DNA of 64,000 bases from the IMG/VR virus record IMGVR_UViG_3300037297_000386; one strand, written 5' to 3'. Below are positions 50,478 through 59,221 of this stretch, piece after piece. Source of the stretch: a virus (lineage: Duplodnaviria > Caudoviricetes). The position numbers and the translations under genes are program-made. The notes beneath the pieces are model-generated. The model saw only the letters and a program-made list of their open reading frames with translations, was not told where the DNA came from and did no database searches. Position 1 is the stretch's first letter, and the number at the start of each line of letters is the position of its first letter.

Positions 50478-50606
50478 ATATAGTTCCCTAAAATATGGTC
50501 ATTTGTGACCAATAAGTTCTTGGGTAGAGGAGACTATAGGCTTCCTCCTTGAAACATTCCAATAGAAATCTTTCCTATTCCGATGTTCCAATCGTTGCTT
50601 CTGGCT
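50478..50606 (-). repeat. 129-bp structured element, copy 2 (inverted relative to 54667-54795); candidate TnpB omegaRNA scaffold/IS end
   Basis: 121/129 nt identical to the reverse complement of 54667-54795. Contains stems TTGGAACA/TGTTTCAA, GAGGA/TCCTC and TGGTCA-CAAA-TGACCA. Confidence 0.85.
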
Positions 50607-50678
50607 GATTACAAATTATTTATAGAAACCATAAATACTTAATATTACTCATAATATTCTCCTCAAATGTTTTTTCGA

Positions 50679-51530
50679 TTATGACAAGTTAATTGTTTGG
50701 CTTGAATATTTATTATAAATCTTCATAAATCTATCATACTTTCTTTCTAAAAATAAATCAGAATCATTATATAATATATTAAATAAATTTATATTCTTAA
50801 CTATTCCATTAACGGCCACATGGTATATTTTAGAACCATTTCTGTTTATATTATATACTTTGGCATCTATCCCTATCTTATTATATAACGACAATAAATC
50901 GTATGAAAAACCATTGCTTGTTGTAAATATAGTAGTTCGCGGCTTTTTTACTTGAACTGTTCCGTCGCCATCTATAACCCCTCGAAGAAAATCACCAATA
51001 CAGTTATCTGGAATCTTTGGGCACCTAAGTGTTTTAGTCTTTCTTAAAGTCATATTCAAGTTCATTAAATCTTTACATATTTCTTGATTTCTAATAACCA
51101 AACGTGACATATTTTTATTCTCATATATTATATAATTACTGTTCATCTTGTCATTTATTTTTTCAAGTATATATTTATCATCATGTTTAAGTCCCAATGA
51201 TAATATATAATAATCCCTATTCTTACGTTTTGATATACATCCATCAGTTAACAAAAGTCCCAGTATATATGCATTTTCTCTGGTCACAGCGGAAAAATAT
51301 TTAGAGTTAATATTATATTTTTTTGTTTTCCCTGTATTAGATTTCTTATGTAAATAACTTATTATGCTTTCATCTCTCCGTATTTTTAATACTTTATTAC
51401 CATATTGATATATTGCACTCCACTTTCTTCCTAACATTTTTTCTGCTTCTAATGGCATAACTGAAGCAAAATGGCTTTTCATATACTTGGTTTCGTCTTC
51501 AGACCATTTACGTTTCATTAACAGCCACAT
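50679..51530 (-). CDS. Free-standing LAGLIDADG homing endonuclease
   Basis: YILGLLLTDG and FLRGVIDGDG motifs, C-terminal LERKY. The start may be ATG 51518. Confidence 0.85.
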   Translation of the reverse strand: MWLLMKRKWSEDETKYMKSHFASVMPLEAEKMLGRKWSAIYQYGNKVLKIRRDESIISYLHKKSNTGKTKKYNINSKYFSAVTRENAYILGLLLTDGCISKRKNRDYYILSLGLKHDDKYILEKINDKMNSNYIIYENKNMSRLVIRNQEICKDLMNLNMTLRKTKTLRCPKIPDNCIGDFLRGVIDGDGTVQVKKPRTTIFTTSNGFSYDLLSLYNKIGIDAKVYNINRNGSKIYHVAVNGIVKNINLFNILYNDSDLFLERKYDRFMKIYNKYSSQTINLS

Positions 51531-51540
51531 CCTAATATTA

Positions 51541-52425
51541 TCATATTATCCGACGTTCTCTCAAATGTCGGAGGCGCAAATATGCTGGACTTATTGCTGT
51601 AACGCGAAATGTGCCGAGACCAAGAGGGTTTGGTTTAAGTGAACATTTTATCATTTTCAATTTTTCTTTATAATCCTGCAGTTGTGTACTATATTGCGTA
51701 TTTAATATTTCAGACACAGCTGGCGGCTGATAGGTTACGCCATTGTCTGTTATATTAAACTCCCGACCTTTTTCAATAAGCGCCTGAGCGGCAAGGGCCA
51801 ACAAAACAGCACCTTGTACAACTACTTCAGCAAATATTTCGTATATTTGTGGATCAGAAAATTTAAATTGACTAAAATGAGGATATTGGTTGAAACTCGA
51901 TAGACTATTTACTAAAAAACAAATAAGTTCAGTGTCCGTAAATATAGAACAGGGTACATCAACATATTCATTACCGTCTCTTACTTTTCGGGTTCCATCA
52001 TTTTTGACTCTACATTTTACCATTTTCAAAAGTATATTAATCCCATAAACTTCTTCTTTAGTAAAATTCCATGGCACCGGATCTCCAGGTGAAAAAATTG
52101 GTAAATCACTTTCTATAACATCACCAGAAGATATAACCATAAATTCGAAAGTATTCTCTACCTCAGTACCACCAATCTCAGCGACCCACCTGTGATACCA
52201 ATATCCATCCGGCGCATTCTCTGGAATATCATAATTTAAATAATATAATCCATCTTGGTTATCTGAAATCAAACCAACGCCAATATTAGACAACCTTCTT
52301 TGTATTGTTTCAGTAGAATCGTAAATCTCCACCTGAGGTGTATCATCAGCATTAACTGGGTTACCAACTGAATCTACAAATCTCACGTAAAGATCTACAT
52401 CTCTACCACGAATTCCGATGGCCAT
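51541..52425 (-). CDS. Probable head-tail adaptor/neck protein
   Basis: N-terminal beta-sandwich plus C-terminal helical region (EF.ITDNGVTYQPP.VSE.L). Located between head and neck genes; synteny-based call. Confidence 0.5.
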   Translation of the reverse strand: MAIGIRGRDVDLYVRFVDSVGNPVNADDTPQVEIYDSTETIQRRLSNIGVGLISDNQDGLYYLNYDIPENAPDGYWYHRWVAEIGGTEVENTFEFMVISSGDVIESDLPIFSPGDPVPWNFTKEEVYGINILLKMVKCRVKNDGTRKVRDGNEYVDVPCSIFTDTELICFLVNSLSSFNQYPHFSQFKFSDPQIYEIFAEVVVQGAVLLALAAQALIEKGREFNITDNGVTYQPPAVSEILNTQYSTQLQDYKEKLKMIKCSLKPNPLGLGTFRVTAISPAYLRLRHLRERRII

Positions 52426-52447
52426 ACAATGTGCCTCCAGCTAGAAT

Positions 52448-53221
52448 TTATTTTTCTTTGCTAGATTTTGGTCTTTTTATAACAACATTTTTATTTTCTT
52501 TTGGTTTATCTTCCTCTCTAATTTCCATAATCACTGAACCATCTTGCGTCTTAACTGCAACTTCATCAACAGATTTTATTTCTTCCTGTACTTCTTGATG
52601 ATTTTTATTATCCGCAATATCGGGGTCGATCACTGTAAACGGCTTTTCTGCAGTTACTACTGAAGATTTTGCAATAGGCCCAATAGGATTTACCATTGCT
52701 TCACGCGTGACTTTCATTACTACCTGTGACTGTTGAGATGTTCCATATTCGATCTCTGGTTTTAAAACAGCATCATCTTTTAATTTTTCTTCTTTTTCCG
52801 ATTTTGTGTTTGTCACTACGGAACCGTTTTCTTGTTTTTCATGTATAACCGGATTAAGATCACCTATACCATAATCAGCAAAATCAAAAACATCATCTTC
52901 ATTCCCACCATCAAAATTTGTCTCGATTACCACAGAGGTCTTAGTTTTTTTTGCATGAACAGTACCATCACTTTGTTTAATACGATTCAAATCTGGCGGA
53001 ACAGGATTAACTTGTTTACGCACAACATGTAATGTGTTAGAATCAAGTCGTCTACGCAAAGATCCATTTTTTATAGACAGATTGACTTGTGCAACAGTTA
53101 TATATGGATTAACCTTATACACATTAACAGTTTTTCCGGCTCGAACTTTAACACCCAAATCACTCAAACTAACATCCGAAGTACCTGGATTGCGCAACCA
53201 TAATTCTTTATTGTCTATCAT
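52448..53221 (-). CDS. Hypothetical protein (257 aa)
   Basis: Compact N-terminal domain and low-complexity acidic C-terminus. Confidence 0.6.
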   Translation of the reverse strand: MIDNKELWLRNPGTSDVSLSDLGVKVRAGKTVNVYKVNPYITVAQVNLSIKNGSLRRRLDSNTLHVVRKQVNPVPPDLNRIKQSDGTVHAKKTKTSVVIETNFDGGNEDDVFDFADYGIGDLNPVIHEKQENGSVVTNTKSEKEEKLKDDAVLKPEIEYGTSQQSQVVMKVTREAMVNPIGPIAKSSVVTAEKPFTVIDPDIADNKNHQEVQEEIKSVDEVAVKTQDGSVIMEIREEDKPKENKNVVIKRPKSSKEK

Positions 53222-53224
53222 ATC

Positions 53225-53470
53225 TTACTCCTTACTTTCTAATACTTCACCTAAAACTTTCACATTGACGGCTTGTGGCCCCTTATGGTTTTCTCCTAAT
53301 TCGAAAGATACTGGTTGCCCTGGTTTTAATGTTTTAAAGCCAGGCATATCAATATTTGTCCAATGTACAAACAAATCTTTTTCACCATTATCTCTTACTA
53401 CATATCCATAACCTCTACGGTGATCAAACCAAGCTACAAGCCCAGTTAAATCATTGCTTAATTCTGTCAT
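53225..53470 (-). CDS. cspA: Cold-shock domain protein
   Basis: G.V.WFD..RGYGY (RNP1), DLFVHWTNI (RNP2), GFKTLKPGQ.V.FE, KGPQA.NV. Confidence 0.9.
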   Translation of the reverse strand: MTELSNDLTGLVAWFDHRRGYGYVVRDNGEKDLFVHWTNIDMPGFKTLKPGQPVSFELGENHKGPQAVNVKVLGEVLESKE

Positions 53471-54351
53471 TTCTTATCTCCTTCTCTCGGGCATTTTGCC
53501 CACTTTTTTAAGTTATCTTCGGCCCACAATGGCTGAAGGTTTGTGTAATTACAGACTTTCTTAACATGCTCTCTATTAGTTAAGTCAAAACTAGATAGTG
53601 GAATAATATGATCTATATGCCACCTTCCATAATTATCCCAGGTCATGCCAATCTCGAATTTCTTTTCAAGATATAATTTTAATTCTTTTATAGAACATCC
53701 AAGATCTGCAACGGCTGAACCAGCACGATATCCTTTTTTAACTGCTTGATAGAACCTAGTTCTAAGTTTTTTCCTGATTTGTGCTGTTATACTGTTTTTT
53801 ATATACCGTTGCTCACGTGCTATTATTTCGTCTCTATTTTCTTTATACCGTTGTCTTTTTTCAGATAATATGCGTTCCTTATTTCTTTCATACCAATTCT
53901 TTTTTCTTTTAGCACATGCTTCTTTGTTTTTCTCGACATACTCTTTTTGTTTTATGGTCAATCTTGCCTTATTTTTCTCTCGATATTTTTTACTACCATT
54001 TTTTATAGATTCTTTGTTGTTTTCCCTATATTTTTTACAGCGGTCCTTATTCTTAGTGTGCCATTCAGCACTTTCTTTGCGTCTGCAATACTTACAACGG
54101 CTCTTTAACCCATCTTTAGTATTTTTACATCTACCAAAATTATCAACATCCAAAATTTTCATACATCTGCGACATTGTTTTTTATCATCTGAGTCTTGAT
54201 ATTCTATTTTGTTTGGGCCTTCTTTTTTCCATTTTTTAATATAATCGCGATGGCAATTTTTACATTGATTTCTAAGACCACTCGGACTGTCTTTTCGTCG
54301 ATAAAATCTAGAAAAATCTTTTAATTCTCCGCATTTACTACATTTCTTCAT
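53467..54351 (-). CDS. HNH-family endonuclease, paralog of 24573-25496
   Basis: KKCSKC and KQCRRC modules, WHIDHIIPL...NYTNLQPLWAEDNLKK. Confidence 0.85.
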   Translation of the reverse strand: MKKCSKCGELKDFSRFYRRKDSPSGLRNQCKNCHRDYIKKWKKEGPNKIEYQDSDDKKQCRRCMKILDVDNFGRCKNTKDGLKSRCKYCRRKESAEWHTKNKDRCKKYRENNKESIKNGSKKYREKNKARLTIKQKEYVEKNKEACAKRKKNWYERNKERILSEKRQRYKENRDEIIAREQRYIKNSITAQIRKKLRTRFYQAVKKGYRAGSAVADLGCSIKELKLYLEKKFEIGMTWDNYGRWHIDHIIPLSSFDLTNREHVKKVCNYTNLQPLWAEDNLKKWAKCPREGDKK

Positions 54352-54603
54352 GATTTTCCTCTTTATTAGAAAAATAGACCAATCCCTACATCTTAAATCA
54401 AAATATTAATAGAATTCTTAGATATTTCGACAGGTAGCATCCTTTCATCCTCCGATGCTAGCTCTAAAAGGATTGAAATAGCGCTTTTGATCGTTGAATA
54501 TCCGACTGACCAGAAATTATATAATCAGCACTACCGCTAAATTTGCTTATTATTTTGGCACGCTTTTTACGCACAAATGATCCCTCCATTTTAAGGTACA
54601 CTA

Positions 54604-54795
54604 ATGCCGAAGTGCGATTCGGATTATAACGCTGCCTGTAATATCGCTACGCCGTTGATGGCTATTAGCCAGAAGCAACGATTGGAACACAAAAATAGAA
54701 AAGGCTTTTATTGGAATGTTTCAAGGAGGAAGCCTATAGTCTCCTCTACCCAAGAACTTATTGGTCACAAATGACCATATTTTAGGGAACTATAT
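54604..54795 (+). pseudogene. tnpB: 3'-terminal relic of a tnpB/Cas12f-like gene overlapping copy 1 of the 129-bp element
   Basis: ORF 54604-54774 reads MPKCDSDYNAACNIATPLMAISQKQRLEHKNRKGFYW..., and DxDYNAAxNIA is the RuvC-III motif. 54667-54795 is repeated at 50478-50606. Confidence 0.65.
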
Positions 54796-54809
54796 TGGTG
54801 ATTTTTAGC

Positions 54810-55205
54810 TTAGATTGCAGCTAAATAAGAAATTAAATAAGAAGTTCTTAGAGATGAAATATCTCCATGCTCTGTATTGGTGGGCTCTAATAAAACTGTT
54901 CTTGCCGTAGGTATGCCAGTATAAGAATAATTTGACCGATGCGAATGATAGCGATCTTGGTTAGATAACCTATTTAAAAAATAAGTTAATTCTATATGAT
55001 TAAGTTTGCTATTAATTATTATATCGTCGCGCTGTTTGCATATATTAGCAGGTTTATGTTTCAATGAAGCAATAACTATTGGCACATAATTATCACACAA
55101 ACAACTATTTTTGTCTCTAACTATTTTAAATCCTTGAAAAAAATATAATTTTCCTAGGCCGTATTTCTTTTTAATCTTTTTTATAAGTTTATTTTTATAT
55201 TTCAT
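54810..55205 (-). CDS. Small paralog family member 6
   Basis: IKKKYGLGKLYF ... LRTSYLISYLAAI. Confidence 0.65.
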   Translation of the reverse strand: MKYKNKLIKKIKKKYGLGKLYFFQGFKIVRDKNSCLCDNYVPIVIASLKHKPANICKQRDDIIINSKLNHIELTYFLNRLSNQDRYHSHRSNYSYTGIPTARTVLLEPTNTEHGDISSLRTSYLISYLAAI

Positions 55206-55210
55206 AAAAT

Positions 55211-55579
55211 TTAAATACCAGATAAATTTATTACTAATAGGTCATGCCTTAAATCATTCAAATTATTATAGTTTTTCCCTAAATCTGAAAAATATATTTT
55301 TTCTTTACCTTTAGACAAATTTTTAAGAACCATGTTTAAATTATGCGAATTTAGATTGTTATCAGTAATATTCTTTGTTGTACTGCACACTAAACTGCAT
55401 AATAAATCATTAAATCCGGATAAAGATCCATATCCATCAAATCCAAGATATTTGTATGTAAAATACAAATTTTCTACTCCATAATGTCTTTTTATACCAT
55501 CACATACTGCTTCGTTGACTTCATCGATCGTAAAATTACCATTTGCTATACCATTTCTAATGTCTTCTAAACTATCCAT
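55211..55579 (-). CDS. Small paralog family member 5
   Basis: IKRHYGVENLYF ... KIYFSDLGKNYNNLNDLRHDLLVINLSGI. Confidence 0.7.
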   Translation of the reverse strand: MDSLEDIRNGIANGNFTIDEVNEAVCDGIKRHYGVENLYFTYKYLGFDGYGSLSGFNDLLCSLVCSTTKNITDNNLNSHNLNMVLKNLSKGKEKIYFSDLGKNYNNLNDLRHDLLVINLSGI

Positions 55580-55892
55580 TATATTCCCCTAACCCAGATA
55601 AATAATAAGATAATGCATCATGTTTTAGATTATCAAGATTTCCATAAAATTTACCTGTATCTATAAAATATATTTTCTTACCTGCCGGCTTTTCATCAAG
55701 TTCTTCTATAACCATTTCTAACTCGGTCCCATCAAGTACAAAACTACGCCAAATCATTTGACCATCTTTTGATTTAAATATATCTTGATGATCACAATTA
55801 CAAATGCAACATACATATAGATCTTTGTCATAAAGTCCAAACAACTTGTAAAAATGTAAAAAATAAATACCATATTTATCTTTAACTTTCAT
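55572..55892 (-). CDS. Small paralog family member 4
   Basis: VKDKYGIYF ... KIYFIDTGKFYGNLDNLKHDALSYYLSGL. Confidence 0.7.
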   Translation of the reverse strand: MKVKDKYGIYFLHFYKLFGLYDKDLYVCCICNCDHQDIFKSKDGQMIWRSFVLDGTELEMVIEELDEKPAGKKIYFIDTGKFYGNLDNLKHDALSYYLSGLGEYNG

Positions 55893-55896
55893 TTCT

Positions 55897-56232
55897 TTAC
55901 ACTATTCTTGTTGAAAGTCCGGCTATATCGGCAATAAAATAGTCCTTTTTAAGATCTTCATAATCTGTAATTTTATATCTTTTACCAGTTTCTGCAAAAC
56001 ATACTCCTTGTTTCAAAAATGTCCTATATATATCACACTCATCAGAAAATTTTCCACGATACAAGTGGTCTATATAATCAATTAACATCATATCATTAGC
56101 TGGGCAAAATGATTGAATACTATAAAAACCAACTGAATTATCTAATGTTATAAAGATTTCAGCTTTGCCATTAATACCGACTTCAAAAAAATTTACATTT
56201 GGTAATTCTTTGATTATATCCCAACGCTTCAT
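55897..56232 (-). CDS. Small paralog family member 3
   Basis: VCFAETGKRY...EDLKKDYFIADIAGL. Confidence 0.65.
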   Translation of the reverse strand: MKRWDIIKELPNVNFFEVGINGKAEIFITLDNSVGFYSIQSFCPANDMMLIDYIDHLYRGKFSDECDIYRTFLKQGVCFAETGKRYKITDYEDLKKDYFIADIAGLSTRIV

Positions 56233-56585
56233 TTTATTCCTGATAATTTTTTAATTAACACAAATTCTTTTATTTCATCCAAATTGTCCATACTTTTATT
56301 ATTATAAATAATTCTACAAGTTCCTGTTGATAATCCATATAAATATTCAGCAAGTTCGTCGAGATTTAATAAACGTCTATGAATTCTAAAAATATTATTT
56401 AATTTACCTAATTGGCCGGGGCCTTTTTCGTCACAATAAATTCGTCCAGTACTATCCTTCCAAAAATACATACCATCAACGCCATACACTCTTTTTAGTT
56501 CATCTTTTAGACGCGGTATGAGCCTGTGTAAACCACGATCTGCTATAAGCTTAGCCATTTCTTCTATAACTTTATTCGAATTCAC
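56229..56585 (-). CDS. Small paralog family member 2
   Basis: LKRVYGVDGMYF ... NLDEIKEFVLIKKLSGIK. Confidence 0.7.
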   Translation of the reverse strand: MNSNKVIEEMAKLIADRGLHRLIPRLKDELKRVYGVDGMYFWKDSTGRIYCDEKGPGQLGKLNNIFRIHRRLLNLDELAEYLYGLSTGTCRIIYNNKSMDNLDEIKEFVLIKKLSGIK

Positions 56586-56857
56586 AGTCCAGCCAACTTT
56601 ATTATTAAATAATGTCTTTTTAATTCATCGATACCAATACATAATTTACTGGCATCTTTGAAGTAAACAGATCCTTGTTGCATACTAAGTGCTTTTAATA
56701 TCCAATCTAAATCAATCATTTTAATATTATCATCAAAATCTGGTCTATTACCTATGTATTCGCATTCTATGACTTTTTTAGAAGCATCAAAGGACATACA
56801 TTCGAGACCATAAGCTTTTTTAAGTTGATATTTAGGTGTCATCTGTTGATTTTTCAT
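56582..56857 (-). CDS. Small paralog family member 1
   Basis: LKKAYGLECMSF ... VYFKDASK...DELKRHYLIIKLAGL. Confidence 0.7.
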   Translation of the reverse strand: MKNQQMTPKYQLKKAYGLECMSFDASKKVIECEYIGNRPDFDDNIKMIDLDWILKALSMQQGSVYFKDASKLCIGIDELKRHYLIIKLAGL

Positions 56858-59046
56858 TATATTATTTTGTAAAAATTAATTGGTTCTAATTTAGGTGTCT
56901 TATTTTTTGTAAAATGTGATTTTCTAGTTACCAAGTTCCACGAATCTACCAAACGGAATCCCTCTTCTTTTACTATATTATTTATATCATTGTGTATTTT
57001 CGTCATTTTTTTATTAGCAAAGTTTCCAGCATTAACAGCAAAAACGCCATTCTTTGCTAATGATCTCTTTATGTATTTTACAGTAATTCTCCAATAATTG
57101 TTAAGCCAATCTTCATAATCGGGGAATTTGTTATAACTTTGGGTATCTTCGTCAGTATAAATTTCATGATCATAATATGGAGGACTACTGAATGCAAAAT
57201 TTATATCGCAATCTGGTATAAAATTTTCCGATGGAACATTATATATATCAGCATTAATATTAAAATCATCGCACATTTTAATTAAACATTTATAAGTTTC
57301 AGTATTTGGGTCAGTTCCTATATATTTAGCTTTTACTCCGCTTGCATAAAATCCTAATAGTCTACCACCATATCCAGCACTATAGTCATAAACAATATCA
57401 CCGTCTTTGACCCAATGGGAATAAATTTCTTTGGCAACAGATGCTTTAAAAACAGATCCAGTTGCAGCCAACCCAGATGATTTTGCTCCTTGTGCTATCA
57501 TGGCTGGATGTATATTAAAATATTCAACACCATTTTTGTTTTTTATTCCGCTAATCCTATTTGTTATTATTTGTTCTAAGCTGTTTTTGTTAGTTATACA
57601 GTTATAAACGGATGGTTTTTTCTTAGTAGATAGTTTTAAAATGTTAGCAAAATAGCTTTTACATAATTTAGCACCAGCGTTATTATTGTTTGATAATTGT
57701 TTATTAGCTAGATCTAAACAGGAAGCGTTCAATAAGGCTTTCAAATCTTTTTTGATTATTTCTGTTTCCAATACTATATTAGAAAAATCATAATTAGAAA
57801 ATAATTCTAATAAATAATGTTTTATTTTATTTCTTGTTGTATTATTGGTCTTGCGTATAAATTCACTGGTTAATTTTTGTCCATTCCATACTACCACATC
57901 ATGAAAATGTTTAGGTTTATATATAATAATATCATGAACAGATTTTTTAATATTTCTATCAAATTTGACTATTTTTATATTAAAATTGTTGTTTTTGTAA
58001 TATTCTATTTTCTCGTTATCATCAGAATAAGAGTTAGTACGATTTTTACCCATTCCACCTGCTTCAATCCAAATTTTATGTTTGCCTGTACGAACCAAAA
58101 AATCACAAGACCAGTTTCTATTTTCACATATAGGAACCTCATATTTATAATCATCTATTATATATTTATTTTTAAATTCTAGAAGACAGTTTGCAACATT
58201 GGCTTCAAATTTAGACCTATAAATATTTCCATCATTTCCTACAACCGAAACGCTATTTCTCCACTGATTTTGTGCTGTATAATTAAATCCTAGAAATTTT
58301 AAAGCTTTTAAATAAGTCCCAAATCTGCCAGCATAAGTTTCTGCAGAAAATTTTCCATAATCTGCCATATCTTTATAATTAGGAACATGGCCTAATTCAT
58401 CTCTAAGGCGTATAATTTCATTTTTAAGATCTTCTTTTGGTATATTTTTAAGTGTTTGTGGTTCAAGTCCGCAAATTTCTAGCGTTTTATTCCAACTATC
58501 ACTATTAGATATTTTGTGACATGCTGTGACCCAAGAGCAAGTAGTAGAATATTCAGCAAAATCTGAAATAGTAGGAATTTTACCAAGTATTTTACTAACC
58601 CTTATTATATCTTTTATTATTTCTTCTTTAATATAGAGCATATTTAAATTATATGTATTATCCAAATTACACGAACCAACAGCAATACTAAATTTTCCAA
58701 AGGCTCTTTTATAAGCTCCAATAGGATACTTACCATGTTTACTAATTTCTGTCTGTGAAGGAACATGCCCTATATCTTTGTATACTCTTAATAATTCATC
58801 TAACAATTCTTGTTTAGAATATTTCATATCGGATCCAGATTTATTGGCATCTAGTTCGGCCTTTGTTTGTGCATTTTTTAGCTTACCAAATCTTTTTCTA
58901 TACAAGTGTACCCTTTTCGTTAAAAAACACCCATATTTTTTCATATCAGAACTACTGGGTGTTCTATTTAATTTAGTTGCGAGCTTTTTTAAAGCATCTA
59001 TTAATTGTTTATCAGTAATGGTTTTTGGATTAAAACTTTTTGTCAT
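56857..59046 (-). CDS. Fusion: four homing-endonuclease-associated repeats + PD-(D/E)XK-like nuclease + amino-DNA methyltransferase (729 aa)
   Basis: Four ~55-aa repeats (EL..L...G..P......G.......FG). Nuclease-like YRSKFEA.VA...YEV...CDFL...WIE. MTase motif I (YDYSAGYGGRL) and motif IV (FSSPPYY). Confidence 0.75.
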   Translation of the reverse strand: MTKSFNPKTITDKQLIDALKKLATKLNRTPSSSDMKKYGCFLTKRVHLYRKRFGKLKNAQTKAELDANKSGSDMKYSKQELLDELLRVYKDIGHVPSQTEISKHGKYPIGAYKRAFGKFSIAVGSCNLDNTYNLNMLYIKEEIIKDIIRVSKILGKIPTISDFAEYSTTCSWVTACHKISNSDSWNKTLEICGLEPQTLKNIPKEDLKNEIIRLRDELGHVPNYKDMADYGKFSAETYAGRFGTYLKALKFLGFNYTAQNQWRNSVSVVGNDGNIYRSKFEANVANCLLEFKNKYIIDDYKYEVPICENRNWSCDFLVRTGKHKIWIEAGGMGKNRTNSYSDDNEKIEYYKNNNFNIKIVKFDRNIKKSVHDIIIYKPKHFHDVVVWNGQKLTSEFIRKTNNTTRNKIKHYLLELFSNYDFSNIVLETEIIKKDLKALLNASCLDLANKQLSNNNNAGAKLCKSYFANILKLSTKKKPSVYNCITNKNSLEQIITNRISGIKNKNGVEYFNIHPAMIAQGAKSSGLAATGSVFKASVAKEIYSHWVKDGDIVYDYSAGYGGRLLGFYASGVKAKYIGTDPNTETYKCLIKMCDDFNINADIYNVPSENFIPDCDINFAFSSPPYYDHEIYTDEDTQSYNKFPDYEDWLNNYWRITVKYIKRSLAKNGVFAVNAGNFANKKMTKIHNDINNIVKEEGFRLVDSWNLVTRKSHFTKNKTPKLEPINFYKII

Positions 59047-59153
59047 ACTATCCTCTCTATATCAAGCCGGCCAGTCTCTTTCTAGCTGGACGGGTTATCA
59101 CTATAATACACAAAAATACACAAAATAAATTAGTAGAAGTGTGTGAAATATCC

Positions 59154-59181
59154 AAAAAAAGAGGGCCCTTTTTGGGCCCTC
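59154..59181 (-). terminator. Intrinsic terminator after the major capsid gene
   Basis: Minus strand GAGGGCCC-AAAAA-GGGCCCTC-TTTTTTT: 8-bp perfect stem plus U7. Confidence 0.9.
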
Positions 59182-59221
59182 AATTTATTCTAAGTAATCA
59201 ATTTTACTTAACTTTTAGTTC

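Noticed and set aside
50478-50606. CRISPR repeat/anti-repeat reading of ATTGGAAC/GCAAC-containing sequence
   Set aside because: There are no regularly spaced repeats with unique spacers, and no CRISPR array was seen anywhere in the window.
50679-51530. Group I intron surrounding this or the 21149-21973 endonuclease
   Set aside because: No P/Q/R/S elements were seen in the flanks and the neighbouring genes look complete.
50478-54795. One 4.3-kb composite transposon bounded by 129-bp terminal inverted repeats
   Set aside because: It contains no transposase, encloses a probable essential neck gene in normal synteny, and shows no clear target duplication beyond a possible TA. Two independent relics fit better.
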